The notes under the pieces were generated by a model. It did not search any database and was not told the DNA's origin. It was given only the letters and a program-made list of their open reading frames with translations. Positions 1-10,456 of a stretch of 33,245 bases of DNA are shown here, in pieces. Both the position numbers and the translations under genes were made by a program. The number at the start of each line of letters is the position of its first letter. The stretch's first letter is position 1. Origin of the DNA: Proteobacteria bacterium UBA6915 (GTDB taxonomy: Bacteria; Pseudomonadota; Gammaproteobacteria; UBA6915); NCBI GenBank assembly GCA_002450975.1, contig DKAX01000154.1:20554-53798 (forward strand). The letters are read 5' to 3'.

Positions 1-1950
1 GAAGCCGACATCGCCGCACACCAGACGATCCATGGGGCGCTTCGATACCATGTCCTCGATCACTGCGTGGATGGCGGTCTCCTGATCGGGGGTCTCTTCG
101 AAGGGGAAGCTGGCGGCGAAGGCGGCGTATTGTTCTGTCTCCATGGGGTAGGCGAAGCCCTGACGCGCCTCTCGCCGCGCGTAGATCTCCAAAAGCTCGG
201 CAGCCACATCTCTGATGCGCTCGCTGGCCTTGCGTCTGGCCTTTTCCCATTGGCCGCTGCCCAGTTTGTGCAAAGGGGCCAGTTCGGGTGCCGCGCCGCT
301 GTAGCGGCTGATCAGTTGCAGGGAGGCGACCGGTACATAGAGTTTGTCGCCACCGGCGTATTCCAGGCAGAGAAACTCATTCTCCTGCTCGTCGATGGTC
401 AGCTTTTGCAGACCGATATAGCGGCCGACGCCGTGCTCTTCGTGTACCACCGGCGCTCCCACGGCCAGTTCGGTCAGATCGCGGACGATGTTTTCTGTAT
501 CGCGGGCACGCCCCTTACGTCTTCGCCGTTGTAATACCTGGGTGCCGAACAACTGGCTTTCCGTAATCACGGCGATGGCAGGATCCTGCAGGATCAGCCC
601 CAACTCCAGTGGCGCCACCGTCATGGCCAGGGGCATGTCACCCTGGAAGAAACTCTGGAAGTCGGCCACGGTGACCGGTTTGATCTGATGATTCTTCAGC
701 AGCTCCAGCAGGGTCTCGCGCCGGCCGGTACTCTCCGCCACGAACAGGATGCGCCCCCGGAACTCGTCGATAAACTGACGCAGGGCGGCACTCGGGTCGG
801 GGCGGCGCACATCCAGGGTCAAAGTGGGAGGCGTGCGTGTCTGGTAGTTGTAGCGACCGGCCTTGCGTTGCAGTTCGAAGCGCTGGATCTGACAGCGGCC
901 ATGGGTGCTGATCTGGTCCTGCAAATGTTGTGGCGCAAGGAACAGTTTGTCCGGCGCCAGGATAGGGCGGTCACTGTTGTAGCGGCGCTGCTCGAAGCGT
1001 TCCTGCGCCTGTTGCCAAAAGTGTTGTGCCGCCTGATCATCCCCTTCCAGGCTGAAGATCAGGGTGGTGGCGGGCAGGTAGTCGAACAAAGTCGCGGTCT
1101 GCGGGAAAAACAGTGGCAAATAGTATTCGATACCGGCAGGGGCCAGTCCCTGGCTGACATCTTTATAGATATTGCTGCGCTGCGGGTCGCCCTCGAAGCT
1201 TTCCCGGAATTGTTGGCGAAAGCGCTTGATGGCTTCTTCGTCCAGAGGAAACTCACGGGCGGGTAACAGACGTACCTGCTCGATCATCTCCAGGGTACGC
1301 TGATTCTCAGGATCGAAGGTGCGGATCGATTCGATTTCATCATCGAACAAATCAATGCGGTAAGGGGTGCGTGAGCCCATGGGAAAGAGATCCAGCAGGC
1401 TGCCGCGCACGGCAAATTCGCCATGCTCCATCACCTGCGAGACACAGCGATAACCGCTGGCCTCCAGGCGCAGGCGCATCTGCTCCAGGTCCAGGCGCTG
1501 GCCGCGATCCAGCATCAAGCTATTCGCCTGCAGAAACTGCGGCGGACATAGCCGGTGCATCAATGTGGTGACGGGGATGACCAGTACCCCTTTTTCCAAA
1601 CCGGTGAGCTGATACAAGGCGGCCAAGCGGTCAGAAATGATGTCCTGGTGGGGAGAGAAGACGTCATAGGGCAGGGTCTCCCAGTCGGGAAAACCCAGGA
1701 TGGGAATATCGCCCTGCCCACCCAGGTAAAACTGTAATTCGTTGACCCAGGTATGGACCGAGGCGGCATCGGGGGTGACCAGCAACAATGGGCGACCGTG
1801 GCGGCGTGCGGCCTGGGCCAGGGTCAGGCCGATACTACTGCCATAGAGCTGTCCCCAGCGCAGCGGCATGCCGACGGAGACCGGTAACACGGGCTCCAGG
1901 GGATGGGCGTTGTCCGCCGGTTTGCCGGTGGCGGCTTCTGTGTCAGTCAT
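1..1950 (-). CDS. mfd: Transcription-repair coupling factor Mfd, N-terminal 650 codons (runs off the window start)
   Basis: Not in the ORF track (no stop in window). Manual minus-strand translation from ATG 1950 gives MTDTEAATG...FPDWETLPYDVFSPHQDIISDRL...GEFAVRGSLLDLFPMG...RIDLFDDEIESIRTFDPENQRT, ending RPMDRLVCGDVGF (start of helicase motif I). Confidence 0.97.
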   Translation of the reverse strand, partial: MTDTEAATGKPADNAHPLEPVLPVSVGMPLRWGQLYGSSIGLTLAQAARRHGRPLLLVTPDAASVHTWVNELQFYLGGQGDIPILGFPDWETLPYDVFSPHQDIISDRLAALYQLTGLEKGVLVIPVTTLMHRLCPPQFLQANSLMLDRGQRLDLEQMRLRLEASGYRCVSQVMEHGEFAVRGSLLDLFPMGSRTPYRIDLFDDEIESIRTFDPENQRTLEMIEQVRLLPAREFPLDEEAIKRFRQQFRESFEGDPQRSNIYKDVSQGLAPAGIEYYLPLFFPQTATLFDYLPATTLIFSLEGDDQAAQHFWQQAQERFEQRRYNSDRPILAPDKLFLAPQHLQDQISTHGRCQIQRFELQRKAGRYNYQTRTPPTLTLDVRRPDPSAALRQFIDEFRGRILFVAESTGRRETLLELLKNHQIKPVTVADFQSFFQGDMPLAMTVAPLELGLILQDPAIAVITESQLFGTQVLQRRRRKGRARDTENIVRDLTELAVGAPVVHEEHGVGRYIGLQKLTIDEQENEFLCLEYAGGDKLYVPVASLQLISRYSGAAPELAPLHKLGSGQWEKARRKASERIRDVAAELLEIYARREARQGFAYPMETEQYAAFAASFPFEETPDQETAIHAVIEDMVSKRPMDRLVCGDVGF

Positions 1951-2037
1951 GGCTATGGCAAATCTGGGTATAACAAAAAAGGCGGTCATTGTCCCACAGA
2001 TAGGCCGGCTTGTGCAGGTGAAAACCAGGCTCTTCTC

Positions 2038-2048
2038 TGTGATACACT
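2038..2048 (+). promoter_or_regulatory. Extended -10 element (TGTGaTACACT) for the TetR gene
   Basis: TGnTACACT ends 7 nt before ATG 2056; no Shine-Dalgarno visible. Confidence 0.5.
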
Positions 2049-2055
2049 CTGCGCC

Positions 2056-2640
2056 ATGGCCAAAGAAGCAGTGCGTGAACAGATCCTGGAGGCGGCGGAA
2101 CAGCGTTTCGCCCAGTATGGCTGGCAAAAAACCACCATGGCGGAGATCGCCGGTGACTGTCGCATGTCGGCGGCCAATCTCTATCGTTATTTCCGCAATA
2201 AAGAAGATCTGGCCCAGGCCATCGCCCGCCACTATTTCCAGCAGATGCAGGATGGACTGCGCGCCGTGATCGAGCGCCCTGGTTTGACGGCGGCGCAGCA
2301 GATCGAAGCCATGGTTCTGGCCATGTTACAGCTGACCTATGAACGTTTCTCCGCCAAGCCGGGGCTGTTGAGTCTGGTGGACTATATCACCCAATCCTGC
2401 TGGGATTTGGTAGAGCCTGAGACGGAGGTGGAGCAGCGTCTGTTTGAAAGTATTCTCGAACAGGCTATGGCGCGGGGAGAGTTTGCCCGAGCCGATGTGA
2501 CTTCGACCGCCCAGGCCATGTGTTCCGCTCTGGCCAAATTCCACATGCCCCAATTCATGGGGTGTTACAGCCTGGAGGAGTTGCAAGGCCGCGCCCGTGG
2601 GGTCGTTAATCTGCTCGTGCGTGGACTGCTCCCTCGTTAA
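2056..2640 (+). CDS. TetR/AcrR family transcriptional regulator
   Basis: REQILEAAEQRFAQYGWQKTTMAEIAGDCRMSAANLYRYFRNKEDL is a classic TetR HTH. Start moved from 1903 (which overlaps mfd) to ATG 2056. Confidence 0.93.
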   Translation: MAKEAVREQILEAAEQRFAQYGWQKTTMAEIAGDCRMSAANLYRYFRNKEDLAQAIARHYFQQMQDGLRAVIERPGLTAAQQIEAMVLAMLQLTYERFSAKPGLLSLVDYITQSCWDLVEPETEVEQRLFESILEQAMARGEFARADVTSTAQAMCSALAKFHMPQFMGCYSLEELQGRARGVVNLLVRGLLPR

Positions 2641-2740
2641 AAAGTCTTCTGGGCGACGTTACCAATGCCTCGCCAGTTAAATTTTCCCGCAATCGACTTA
2701 GCTGATCGTTATATAAGAAAACATTAATAGCCAAACGCTG

Positions 2741-2768
2741 TTGTAGGGCGTTATTTTCTATGTATAAT
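2741..2768 (+). promoter_or_regulatory. Sigma70-like promoter of the RND/LolA-like operon
   Basis: TTGTAG (2741-2746), 16 nt spacer, TATAAT (2763-2768). Confidence 0.55.
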
Positions 2769-2775
2769 CAAAGGG

Positions 2776-2800
2776 GTGAACAAATAAACAAATTGTTCAC
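2776..2800. promoter_or_regulatory. Inverted repeat, candidate repressor operator
   Basis: GTGAACAA-N9-TTGTTCAC, perfect 8-bp arms, just downstream of TATAAT. Confidence 0.55.
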
Positions 2801-2855
2801 TTTTTTATTCTTGTTTATATTCTTGGGCCACAGTCCGTTTGTTCTTGGGGGGATC

Positions 2856-5216
2856 ATGGAGAGTAAATTCAGTCTGGCGGTGGAGCAACGTTGGTGGGTG
2901 TTGTTGTTGTCCTTGGTGGCGGTTGTCTCCATGGGCTGGGGAGCATCCACCCTCAAGTTTAATAGTGACTATCGCATTTTCTTCAGTGACGATAATCCGC
3001 AGTTACAGGCCTACGAGGCCTTGCAGAACACCTTCACCAAGGATAAAGGTGTGCTGATGGTGTTCGCCCCCAAGGATGGGCAGGTATTCAGCCGGCAGAC
3101 CTTGGCACTGATCGATGAGGCCACAGAGCTTGGCTGGCAGGTACCTTATTCCCGGCGGGTCAATTCGTTGTCCAATTTTCAATATACCCATGCCGAGGGT
3201 GATGACCTGATCGTGGAAAATCTGGTCAAGGATCCGGGTTCCTTGAGCGACGGCGATCTGCAACGCATTCGCGCCATCGCCCTGGCGGAACCGGAGTTGG
3301 TCAATCGTCTGGTCTCACCAGATGGACATTACACCGGCATCAATATCACAACCCAACTACCCGAGATACACCCCGATAAGGAGGTGCCGGAAGTTGCCCA
3401 CCATATGCGCGCGTTACGCGACCAATTACAGGCCAAGTATCCGCAGGTGGACATCTATTTGGCCGGTTCGGTGATGATGGATAACGCCTTTCCTGAGGCC
3501 TCAGCGGCCGACTCCTCGCTGTTAATGCCCCTGATGTTCGTCATCATCCTGGCGGTGTTATGGTTGATGCTGCACTCCATTGTGGCCATGGCCATGACCA
3601 TGTTGGTGGTCGTGTTCGCCATCGTGTCGGCCATGGGGTTGGCCGGTTGGCTGGGAATTGAATTGACCACGCCCTCGGCCTCGGCGCCCCTGATCATTTT
3701 GACGGTCACCGTGGCCGACTGCGTGCACCTGTTTGTGAGTTACTTTCACGAATTGAAAAAGGGCAAAGACAAATATCAGGCTATGAAGGAGAGCCTGCGT
3801 ATCAATGCTCAGCCCATCTTCTTGACCAGTCTGACCACCGCGGTTGGATTTCTCAGTTTGAATTTCAGCGACTCCCCCCCTTTTCATGACCTGGGTAATA
3901 TCGCCGCCATGGGGGTTGCTTTCGGTTATCTCTTTTCCATGTTATTCCTGCCGGCGGCAACTGTAATACTACCCGCAACTGCCGGTCAGCGACGCGACGC
4001 GCGTGGTAGTGAGGGGATGCGCCGCCTGGGCGAGTTCGTCGTCGAGCGGCGCAATCTTCTTTTTTGGGGCATGTTGGCCTTGATGCTGGTGTTGACGGCC
4101 TTTATCCCCGCCAACACCCTGAACGATAACTCCATGGAGTATTTCGGCAAGCGTCTGGAATTCCGTCAGGCGGCCGATTTCGCCCAGGACCATTTGACCG
4201 GGATGTATCAGATCGAATACTCCCTCAAGGCGGGTGACAGTGGCGGTGTGGCCGAACCGGAGTATTTACGCAAGGTCGAGGCCTTTGCCCAGTGGTACCG
4301 ACAACAGCCTGAAGTGTTACATGTAGGTGAAGTCAGTCGCGTGTTTAAACGACTGAATAAGAATATGCATGCTGACGACGAGGCTTGGTATCGCCTGCCC
4401 GATTCGCGCGAACTGGCAGCACAATATCTGTTGCTCTATGAGATGTCGCTACCCATGGGCTTGGATCTGAATAATCAGATCAACGTGGACAAATCCATAT
4501 CGCGCATGACAGTGACGCTCAAACACATATCCGCCAATCAGGTTCTGGAGATCGAGGAGCGGGCTCAGGCGTGGCTGGCGGCGAATATGCCCGGCTTGGC
4601 CAGCGAAGGGGCCAGCCCCAACATCATGTTTGCCCACATCACTTACGCCAACATCCGCGGCATGTTGTACGGCACGACGACAGCGCTGGTGTTGATATCG
4701 TTGATTCTGGTGGTGGCCCTGCGCTCCGTAAAGATAGGTCTGATCAGTATGGTGCCCAATCTGATGCCGTTGGCCATGGCCTTTGGCATGTGGGGGCTGC
4801 TGGTGGGACAGATCGGATTGGCGGCTTCAGCGATATCCGCCATCGTGCTGGGTATTGTCGTGGACGATACGGTGCATTTTCTCAGCAAGTACCTGCGTGC
4901 GCGGCGCGAGCAAAATATGCAGCCAGTTGCGGCGGTACGCTACGCCTTCACCACAGTGGGTACCGCCTTGTGGGTGACGTCATTGGTGTTGGTGGCGGGA
5001 TTTCTGATTCTGGCCTTGTCCACCTTCCAGATCAATGCCCAGATCGGTGTGTTGACTGCAATCGCCATAGGCCTGGCCCTGTTGGCTGACTTTTTCTTTT
5101 TACCACCATTGTTAATGCGTATCGATAAGGGGGAGGAATATGCGCAAACTTTTGACAATTCTAGTGCTGCTGTTGACCAGCAGCGTGTATGCACAGACGG
5201 CACAGGAGCAGGGTGA
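2856..5216 (+). CDS. MMPL-type RND superfamily transporter
   Basis: Two repeats of TM + periplasmic loop + 5 TM; motifs VTVADCVH, LTSLTTAVGFLSL, GIVVDDTVHFLSKY. Start placed at ATG 2856 after a G-rich RBS. Confidence 0.9.
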   Translation: MESKFSLAVEQRWWVLLLSLVAVVSMGWGASTLKFNSDYRIFFSDDNPQLQAYEALQNTFTKDKGVLMVFAPKDGQVFSRQTLALIDEATELGWQVPYSRRVNSLSNFQYTHAEGDDLIVENLVKDPGSLSDGDLQRIRAIALAEPELVNRLVSPDGHYTGINITTQLPEIHPDKEVPEVAHHMRALRDQLQAKYPQVDIYLAGSVMMDNAFPEASAADSSLLMPLMFVIILAVLWLMLHSIVAMAMTMLVVVFAIVSAMGLAGWLGIELTTPSASAPLIILTVTVADCVHLFVSYFHELKKGKDKYQAMKESLRINAQPIFLTSLTTAVGFLSLNFSDSPPFHDLGNIAAMGVAFGYLFSMLFLPAATVILPATAGQRRDARGSEGMRRLGEFVVERRNLLFWGMLALMLVLTAFIPANTLNDNSMEYFGKRLEFRQAADFAQDHLTGMYQIEYSLKAGDSGGVAEPEYLRKVEAFAQWYRQQPEVLHVGEVSRVFKRLNKNMHADDEAWYRLPDSRELAAQYLLLYEMSLPMGLDLNNQINVDKSISRMTVTLKHISANQVLEIEERAQAWLAANMPGLASEGASPNIMFAHITYANIRGMLYGTTTALVLISLILVVALRSVKIGLISMVPNLMPLAMAFGMWGLLVGQIGLAASAISAIVLGIVVDDTVHFLSKYLRARREQNMQPVAAVRYAFTTVGTALWVTSLVLVAGFLILALSTFQINAQIGVLTAIAIGLALLADFFFLPPLLMRIDKGEEYAQTFDNSSAAVDQQRVCTDGTGAG

Positions 5217-5916
5217 GGCAATCGCCCGTGAGGCCGACCGGCGTGACAGTGGTTATGGTGATGTCAGCGCCGATCTGGAGATGGTGCTTACCAACAAACA
5301 GGGACAAAGTGCGCAACGGCAGATGCATATCAGTTCCATGGAGACTGCCGGGGATGGTGACAAATCCATCACCCTGTTCGACTCACCGCCCGATGTGAAG
5401 GGAACGGCCATGCTCACCTTCAGTCATAAGCGCGAGGATGACGACCAGTGGCTCTACCTGCCGGCCCTGAAGCGTGTGAAGCGCATCGCCTCCGGCAACC
5501 GTTCGGGTTCGTTCATGGGCAGCGAATTTGCTTATGAGGATATGGGCTCGCAGGAGGTGGAGAAGTTCACCTATCATTATTTACGTGACGAGGCGTGTGG
5601 TGAGTTGCAGTGTTTTGTCATCGAGCGCTATCCGGTGGAGCGCAGCTCCGGTTACAAACGTCAGGTGGTATGGGTGGACAAGGAGCACTACCGCATACAG
5701 AAAACGGAGTTTTATGATCGCAAGGATGTTTTGCTCAAGACCTTGAACGTGAGCGGTTATCAGCTCTATCTCGATCACTACTGGCGCGCTCGGGAGATGC
5801 GTATGGTGAACCACCAGACCGGCAAGAGTACGACGCTGACCTGGCGCGACTACCGTTTTCGCACCGGCTTGAAGGATCAGGATTTCAACAAGGCGCGTCT
5901 GGGCACTTTGCGTTGA
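5140..5916 (+). CDS. Outer-membrane lipoprotein-sorting (LolA-like) protein
   Basis: Signal peptide MRKLLTILVLLLTSSVYA; family motifs FDSPPDVKGTAML, DDQWLYLPALKRVKRI, SFMGSEFAYED; RBS GGAGG upstream. Confidence 0.9.
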   Translation: MRKLLTILVLLLTSSVYAQTAQEQGEAIAREADRRDSGYGDVSADLEMVLTNKQGQSAQRQMHISSMETAGDGDKSITLFDSPPDVKGTAMLTFSHKREDDDQWLYLPALKRVKRIASGNRSGSFMGSEFAYEDMGSQEVEKFTYHYLRDEACGELQCFVIERYPVERSSGYKRQVVWVDKEHYRIQKTEFYDRKDVLLKTLNVSGYQLYLDHYWRAREMRMVNHQTGKSTTLTWRDYRFRTGLKDQDFNKARLGTLR

Positions 5917-5924
5917 TTAAAGGC

Positions 5925-5947
5925 ACGGGGTCAATTATTGACCCCGT
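5925..5947. terminator. Hairpin between convergent genes, probable terminator
   Basis: ACGGGGTCAA-TTA-TTGACCCCGT followed by TTATTT. Confidence 0.75.
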
Positions 5948-5955
5948 TTATTTAG

Positions 5956-6477
5956 TTAACGTAGCTGGTATTCCAGCGTTACGACATAGTCATCTTGTTC
6001 AGTTTGTTCGGTAATCGTTTCACCAACATGCTGCGCCGGAAATTGTGTTTCTTGTCCATCGAGTACGTTGCTGTCGTCGTTAAGAGACATATATGACCTG
6101 TTTGTCTCATTATCGATATCTACCGCTTTCACCGTGAAGGTTGGTCCGGTGGAAAGTAAAGTCAAAGTAAAGCGGGAATCTCTACCATCTTTTCCCGGAG
6201 TCAGGAACCCGCCACCTTCACCTTTTTTTACCGTGATGGTATAGGTGCCATAGTAACCGCTACCCTCAAACGCGATGTATTCGAAGTAGTATTTACCAGG
6301 CTGGGTTCTGTAGAACTTACCTTTCTCGATCGAGCCGACTAAGGCGTTATTATCCCCAGCAAAGTACTGCGGCTTATAAACCCAGTCCAATGCAATAAAG
6401 GCCTTGCCGGTCTCCCCGGCAGCGCCACAACCCGATAGAAACAGAATGAACAGCAACACTCCGATCCGTTTAAACAT
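5956..6477 (-). CDS. Hypothetical lipoprotein
   Basis: MFKRIGVLLFILFLSG|C lipobox; GGAGG RBS before ATG 6477; no family recognised. Confidence 0.75.
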   Translation of the reverse strand: MFKRIGVLLFILFLSGCGAAGETGKAFIALDWVYKPQYFAGDNNALVGSIEKGKFYRTQPGKYYFEYIAFEGSGYYGTYTITVKKGEGGGFLTPGKDGRDSRFTLTLLSTGPTFTVKAVDIDNETNRSYMSLNDDSNVLDGQETQFPAQHVGETITEQTEQDDYVVTLEYQLR

Positions 6478-6578
6478 ATTATCCTCCATATTTGTTTTTG
6501 ATACACATTTGCCATGCTATGGAGGACATGGGTGGGCGTCAATTAAAAAATCTTGGAAATAAAATTCGGGTAACGCGT

Positions 6579-7901
6579 CTATAGAAGCGAGTCTAATGTA
6601 CTCATTTGTGATAAATATTGTCGCGTCAATACCTTGCTCTCTTCCACGGCGGGTTGATCAAAGGCATCAATACCCATCAGTTCGGCCAATACCACTGTCT
6701 CCATCTCCAGCAGGATGATCAACTCACCCAGTGCATAGGCATCACGGTCATCCAGTGCGAGAGTGCGATTGGGGCGGCCGCGTCGGGTTAGAGTGGTGCG
6801 TGTGGCCTTGAGCTCGGAGATGAACAATTCGCCGATGGTGTGACCGGCCAGTGGGGTGATGGCTGGGATATCCTGGAACTGCATGGGTACGCGTCGACCT
6901 TCGTAGCGCAGACCGGGATTGGTGACGAAGGTGACGAATTTGTCGTCTGGACCCTCCAGTAATAGTTGTAATTGCGAGTGTTGATCGGTGACACCGTGGG
7001 CTTCGATGGGGGTCAAACCCTGGTGTTGGCCGTTAGCATCGACCTTACCCAGGCTCTCCGCCCATAACTGCCGGAACCAGTTGACCATCAGGCGCAGGTT
7101 GTCGGCATAAGGCATCATCATGGTGATGGTGCGTCCCTTATGCGCATGCAGGTATTGCGCGCCGCCGTTATAAAAGGCGGGATTTTCCGTCATATCTGCC
7201 AGGCCGCAGCGTTTGGCCATTGCCCTTGCGCCCTCCATGACACCGTCTATGTCGACACCGGAAATATAGGCCGGCAACAGACCGACAATGGAAAGCACGG
7301 AGAAGCGTCCGCCAATAGGGGGATGGGCGATGGTTGGGATGTTCAGGCGTTTACCCAACTCAAATAAAGCTCCTTGCTCGTTTTCCGTGATGAACAAGGT
7401 GTGTTCGGAGATTCCCTCTGTTCCCAGATAACGCTCCATGCGCGGCAGTACGGTCAGAAACTGGCTCAGAGTCTCGGCGGTGTTACCTGACTTGGATATG
7501 ACCAGGCACAAGGTGTCGGGCCAATGGATTTCGTTGACCTCCTCCATGGTGGAGGGGTCCACGTTATCGTAAAAATTGACCTGGTTGCGCGGTGAACGAT
7601 GGCCCAGGGTGCGTACAAGCATCTCACCTCCCAGAGAGGAACCGCCAATACCAAAGACGACGGTGCGTTTGAACTTGCGCGAATAGACCTGACCTTGTTT
7701 TTTAATGGCAGACACATCGGTGGTCCAGGGCAGGTTGAGAAAACTGGGTTCTTTAGGGTCCAACCACTTTTGGATCCGTTGCCGAAGTTTGTCCAGGCGC
7801 GGTGACAGTTGTTTGATCTCATCGACGGTGATGGCCTGGTCGCTGCCGCCCTTGGAGGCGAACAGATTGAGATCATCGATGGAGAGGCGCGAAATGGTCA
7901 C
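6579..7901 (-). CDS. pgi: Glucose-6-phosphate isomerase, short (440 aa) type
   Basis: GIGGSSLG, SKSGNTAET, GGRFSVLS, QLWAESLGK, DQHSQLQL, FDQPAVEESK. Confidence 0.9.
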   Translation of the reverse strand: MTISRLSIDDLNLFASKGGSDQAITVDEIKQLSPRLDKLRQRIQKWLDPKEPSFLNLPWTTDVSAIKKQGQVYSRKFKRTVVFGIGGSSLGGEMLVRTLGHRSPRNQVNFYDNVDPSTMEEVNEIHWPDTLCLVISKSGNTAETLSQFLTVLPRMERYLGTEGISEHTLFITENEQGALFELGKRLNIPTIAHPPIGGRFSVLSIVGLLPAYISGVDIDGVMEGARAMAKRCGLADMTENPAFYNGGAQYLHAHKGRTITMMMPYADNLRLMVNWFRQLWAESLGKVDANGQHQGLTPIEAHGVTDQHSQLQLLLEGPDDKFVTFVTNPGLRYEGRRVPMQFQDIPAITPLAGHTIGELFISELKATRTTLTRRGRPNRTLALDDRDAYALGELIILLEMETVVLAELMGIDAFDQPAVEESKVLTRQYLSQMSTLDSLL

Positions 7902-7991
7902 GGTAAATCCTTCAATCTAATTTTTATTGAGTATAGACCCGTGCAGGATAACCTGTTCTTGTGACAGCTTGTAGTGTGGAGGGCGGAAAAT

Positions 7992-8021
7992 AAAAAGGCC
8001 CGGATCGAGAGATCCAGGCCT
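7992..8021 (-). terminator. Intrinsic terminator after tRNA-Leu
   Basis: Minus strand AGGCCTGGATC-TCTC-GATCCGGGCCT followed by a T run. Confidence 0.7.
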
Positions 8022-8025
8022 GTAT

Positions 8026-8112
8026 TGGTACCGAGGGTCGGAATCGAACCGACACGGTGTCACCACCACCGGATTTTGAATCCGGCGCGTCTACCAGTTC
8101 CGCCACCCCGGC
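8026..8112 (-). tRNA. tRNA-Leu(CAA)
   Basis: GCCGGGGTGGCGGAACTGGTAGACGCG CCGGA-TTCAAAA-TCCGG, long variable arm, GGTTCGATTCC T-loop, ends ACCA; 87 nt. Confidence 0.96.
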
Positions 8113-8234
8113 AAAGAGGCGGTTAGTATAATGGATTCCCGGCAAACGGCAAGCGTCAGAATAGGGCGATTCACCAATTTTTCATGGGGTGGGCCGGGTG
8201 ACTGGCATATAACTGGGGTATAATTCGCGCCCTT

Positions 8235-9266
8235 ATGCGACGTGACGATTTCCATTTTCATCTGCCCGAGACCCAGATCGCCCAGTTTCCCCTGACGGAG
8301 AGGGGGGCGAGCCGCCTTTTGTTCCTGGATGGCGATACCGGTGACTGCCGCGACACGACTTTTTCCGCATTGCCCGATTTTCTCCGCCCTGGGGATCTAC
8401 TGGTCTTCAACGATACCCGGGTTATCCCTGCGCGGCTGTGGGGACAAAAAAGCACCGGTGGACGGGTGGAGATCCTGGTGGAACGGGTGTTGGATGAATA
8501 CCGATGCCTAGCCCATGTGCGAGCGAGCAAGTCATTGAAACCGGGTGGTGAAATCCATCTGGGCCAGAGGCGGTTGGTGGTCGAGGGGCGCCAGGGGGAG
8601 CTTTATATATTAGAGTCACCGGATCTGCCGATGATGGCCCTGGTGGAGAGCCAGGGGGAGATGCCTTTGCCACCCTATATCCAGCGCCGCCCCGGTAGCG
8701 ATGATAGTGAACGCTATCAAACCGTCTATGGCCGACACAAAGGGGCGGTGGCCGCGCCCACAGCCGGGCTGCATTTCGATCAGGCCATGCTGGATCGTCT
8801 GCAGGCCATGGGGGTGGTGATTGCCTTCGTCACCCTGCATGTGGGGGCGGGGACATTCCAGCCGGTACGGGTGGAGGAGCTGAGCCAGCACAAGATGCAC
8901 AGCGAACGGGTGGTGGTCGATAAAGCCGTGGTGGAAAAGATCCACCAGACCCGCCAGCGCGGCGGACGGGTGGTGGCCGTAGGCACTACCACTGTGCGCA
9001 GCCTGGAGAGCGCCGCCCGCGGCGGTGAGTTGCAGCCCTTCCAAGGGGAGACGGATATCTTTATCACCCCCGGATTCCAGTTCCGGGTGGTGGATCTGTT
9101 GATCACCAATTTTCATCTGCCGGCCTCGACTCTATTGATGTTGGTCAGTGCCTTTGCCGGTTATGAGCAAACGCTGGCGGCCTATCGTCATGCGGTGGAG
9201 GCCGGTTATCGCTTTTTCAGTTATGGTGACGCCATGTTGATCAGCCGGCGTCACGGGAGTGTATAG
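8235..9266 (+). CDS. queA: S-adenosylmethionine:tRNA ribosyltransferase-isomerase
   Basis: [61 protein letters not shown]. Confidence 0.98.
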   Translation: MRRDDFHFHLPETQIAQFPLTERGASRLLFLDGDTGDCRDTTFSALPDFLRPGDLLVFNDTRVIPARLWGQKSTGGRVEILVERVLDEYRCLAHVRASKSLKPGGEIHLGQRRLVVEGRQGELYILESPDLPMMALVESQGEMPLPPYIQRRPGSDDSERYQTVYGRHKGAVAAPTAGLHFDQAMLDRLQAMGVVIAFVTLHVGAGTFQPVRVEELSQHKMHSERVVVDKAVVEKIHQTRQRGGRVVAVGTTTVRSLESAARGGELQPFQGETDIFITPGFQFRVVDLLITNFHLPASTLLMLVSAFAGYEQTLAAYRHAVEAGYRFFSYGDAMLISRRHGSV

Positions 9267-10391
<1,125 letters not shown>

Positions 10392-10456
10392 TACGAGGCA
10401 ATTTTTTGCCAGTATTGGCGACCGTTTTCACTTGTATAAAATGTAAGGAAAAGACA

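Noticed and set aside
67-1973. Plus-strand ORFs of 60-192 aa
   Set aside because: Antisense shadows of mfd, which fills the minus strand.
1903-2055. N-terminal extension of the TetR ORF
   Set aside because: Overlaps the mfd start and promoter region; TetR similarity starts at ATG 2056.
5925-8112. Integrative element at tRNA-Leu
   Set aside because: No integrase and no duplicated tRNA 3' end found by eye.
7924-8145. 73-aa minus-strand ORF
   Set aside because: It is a translation of the tRNA-Leu gene.
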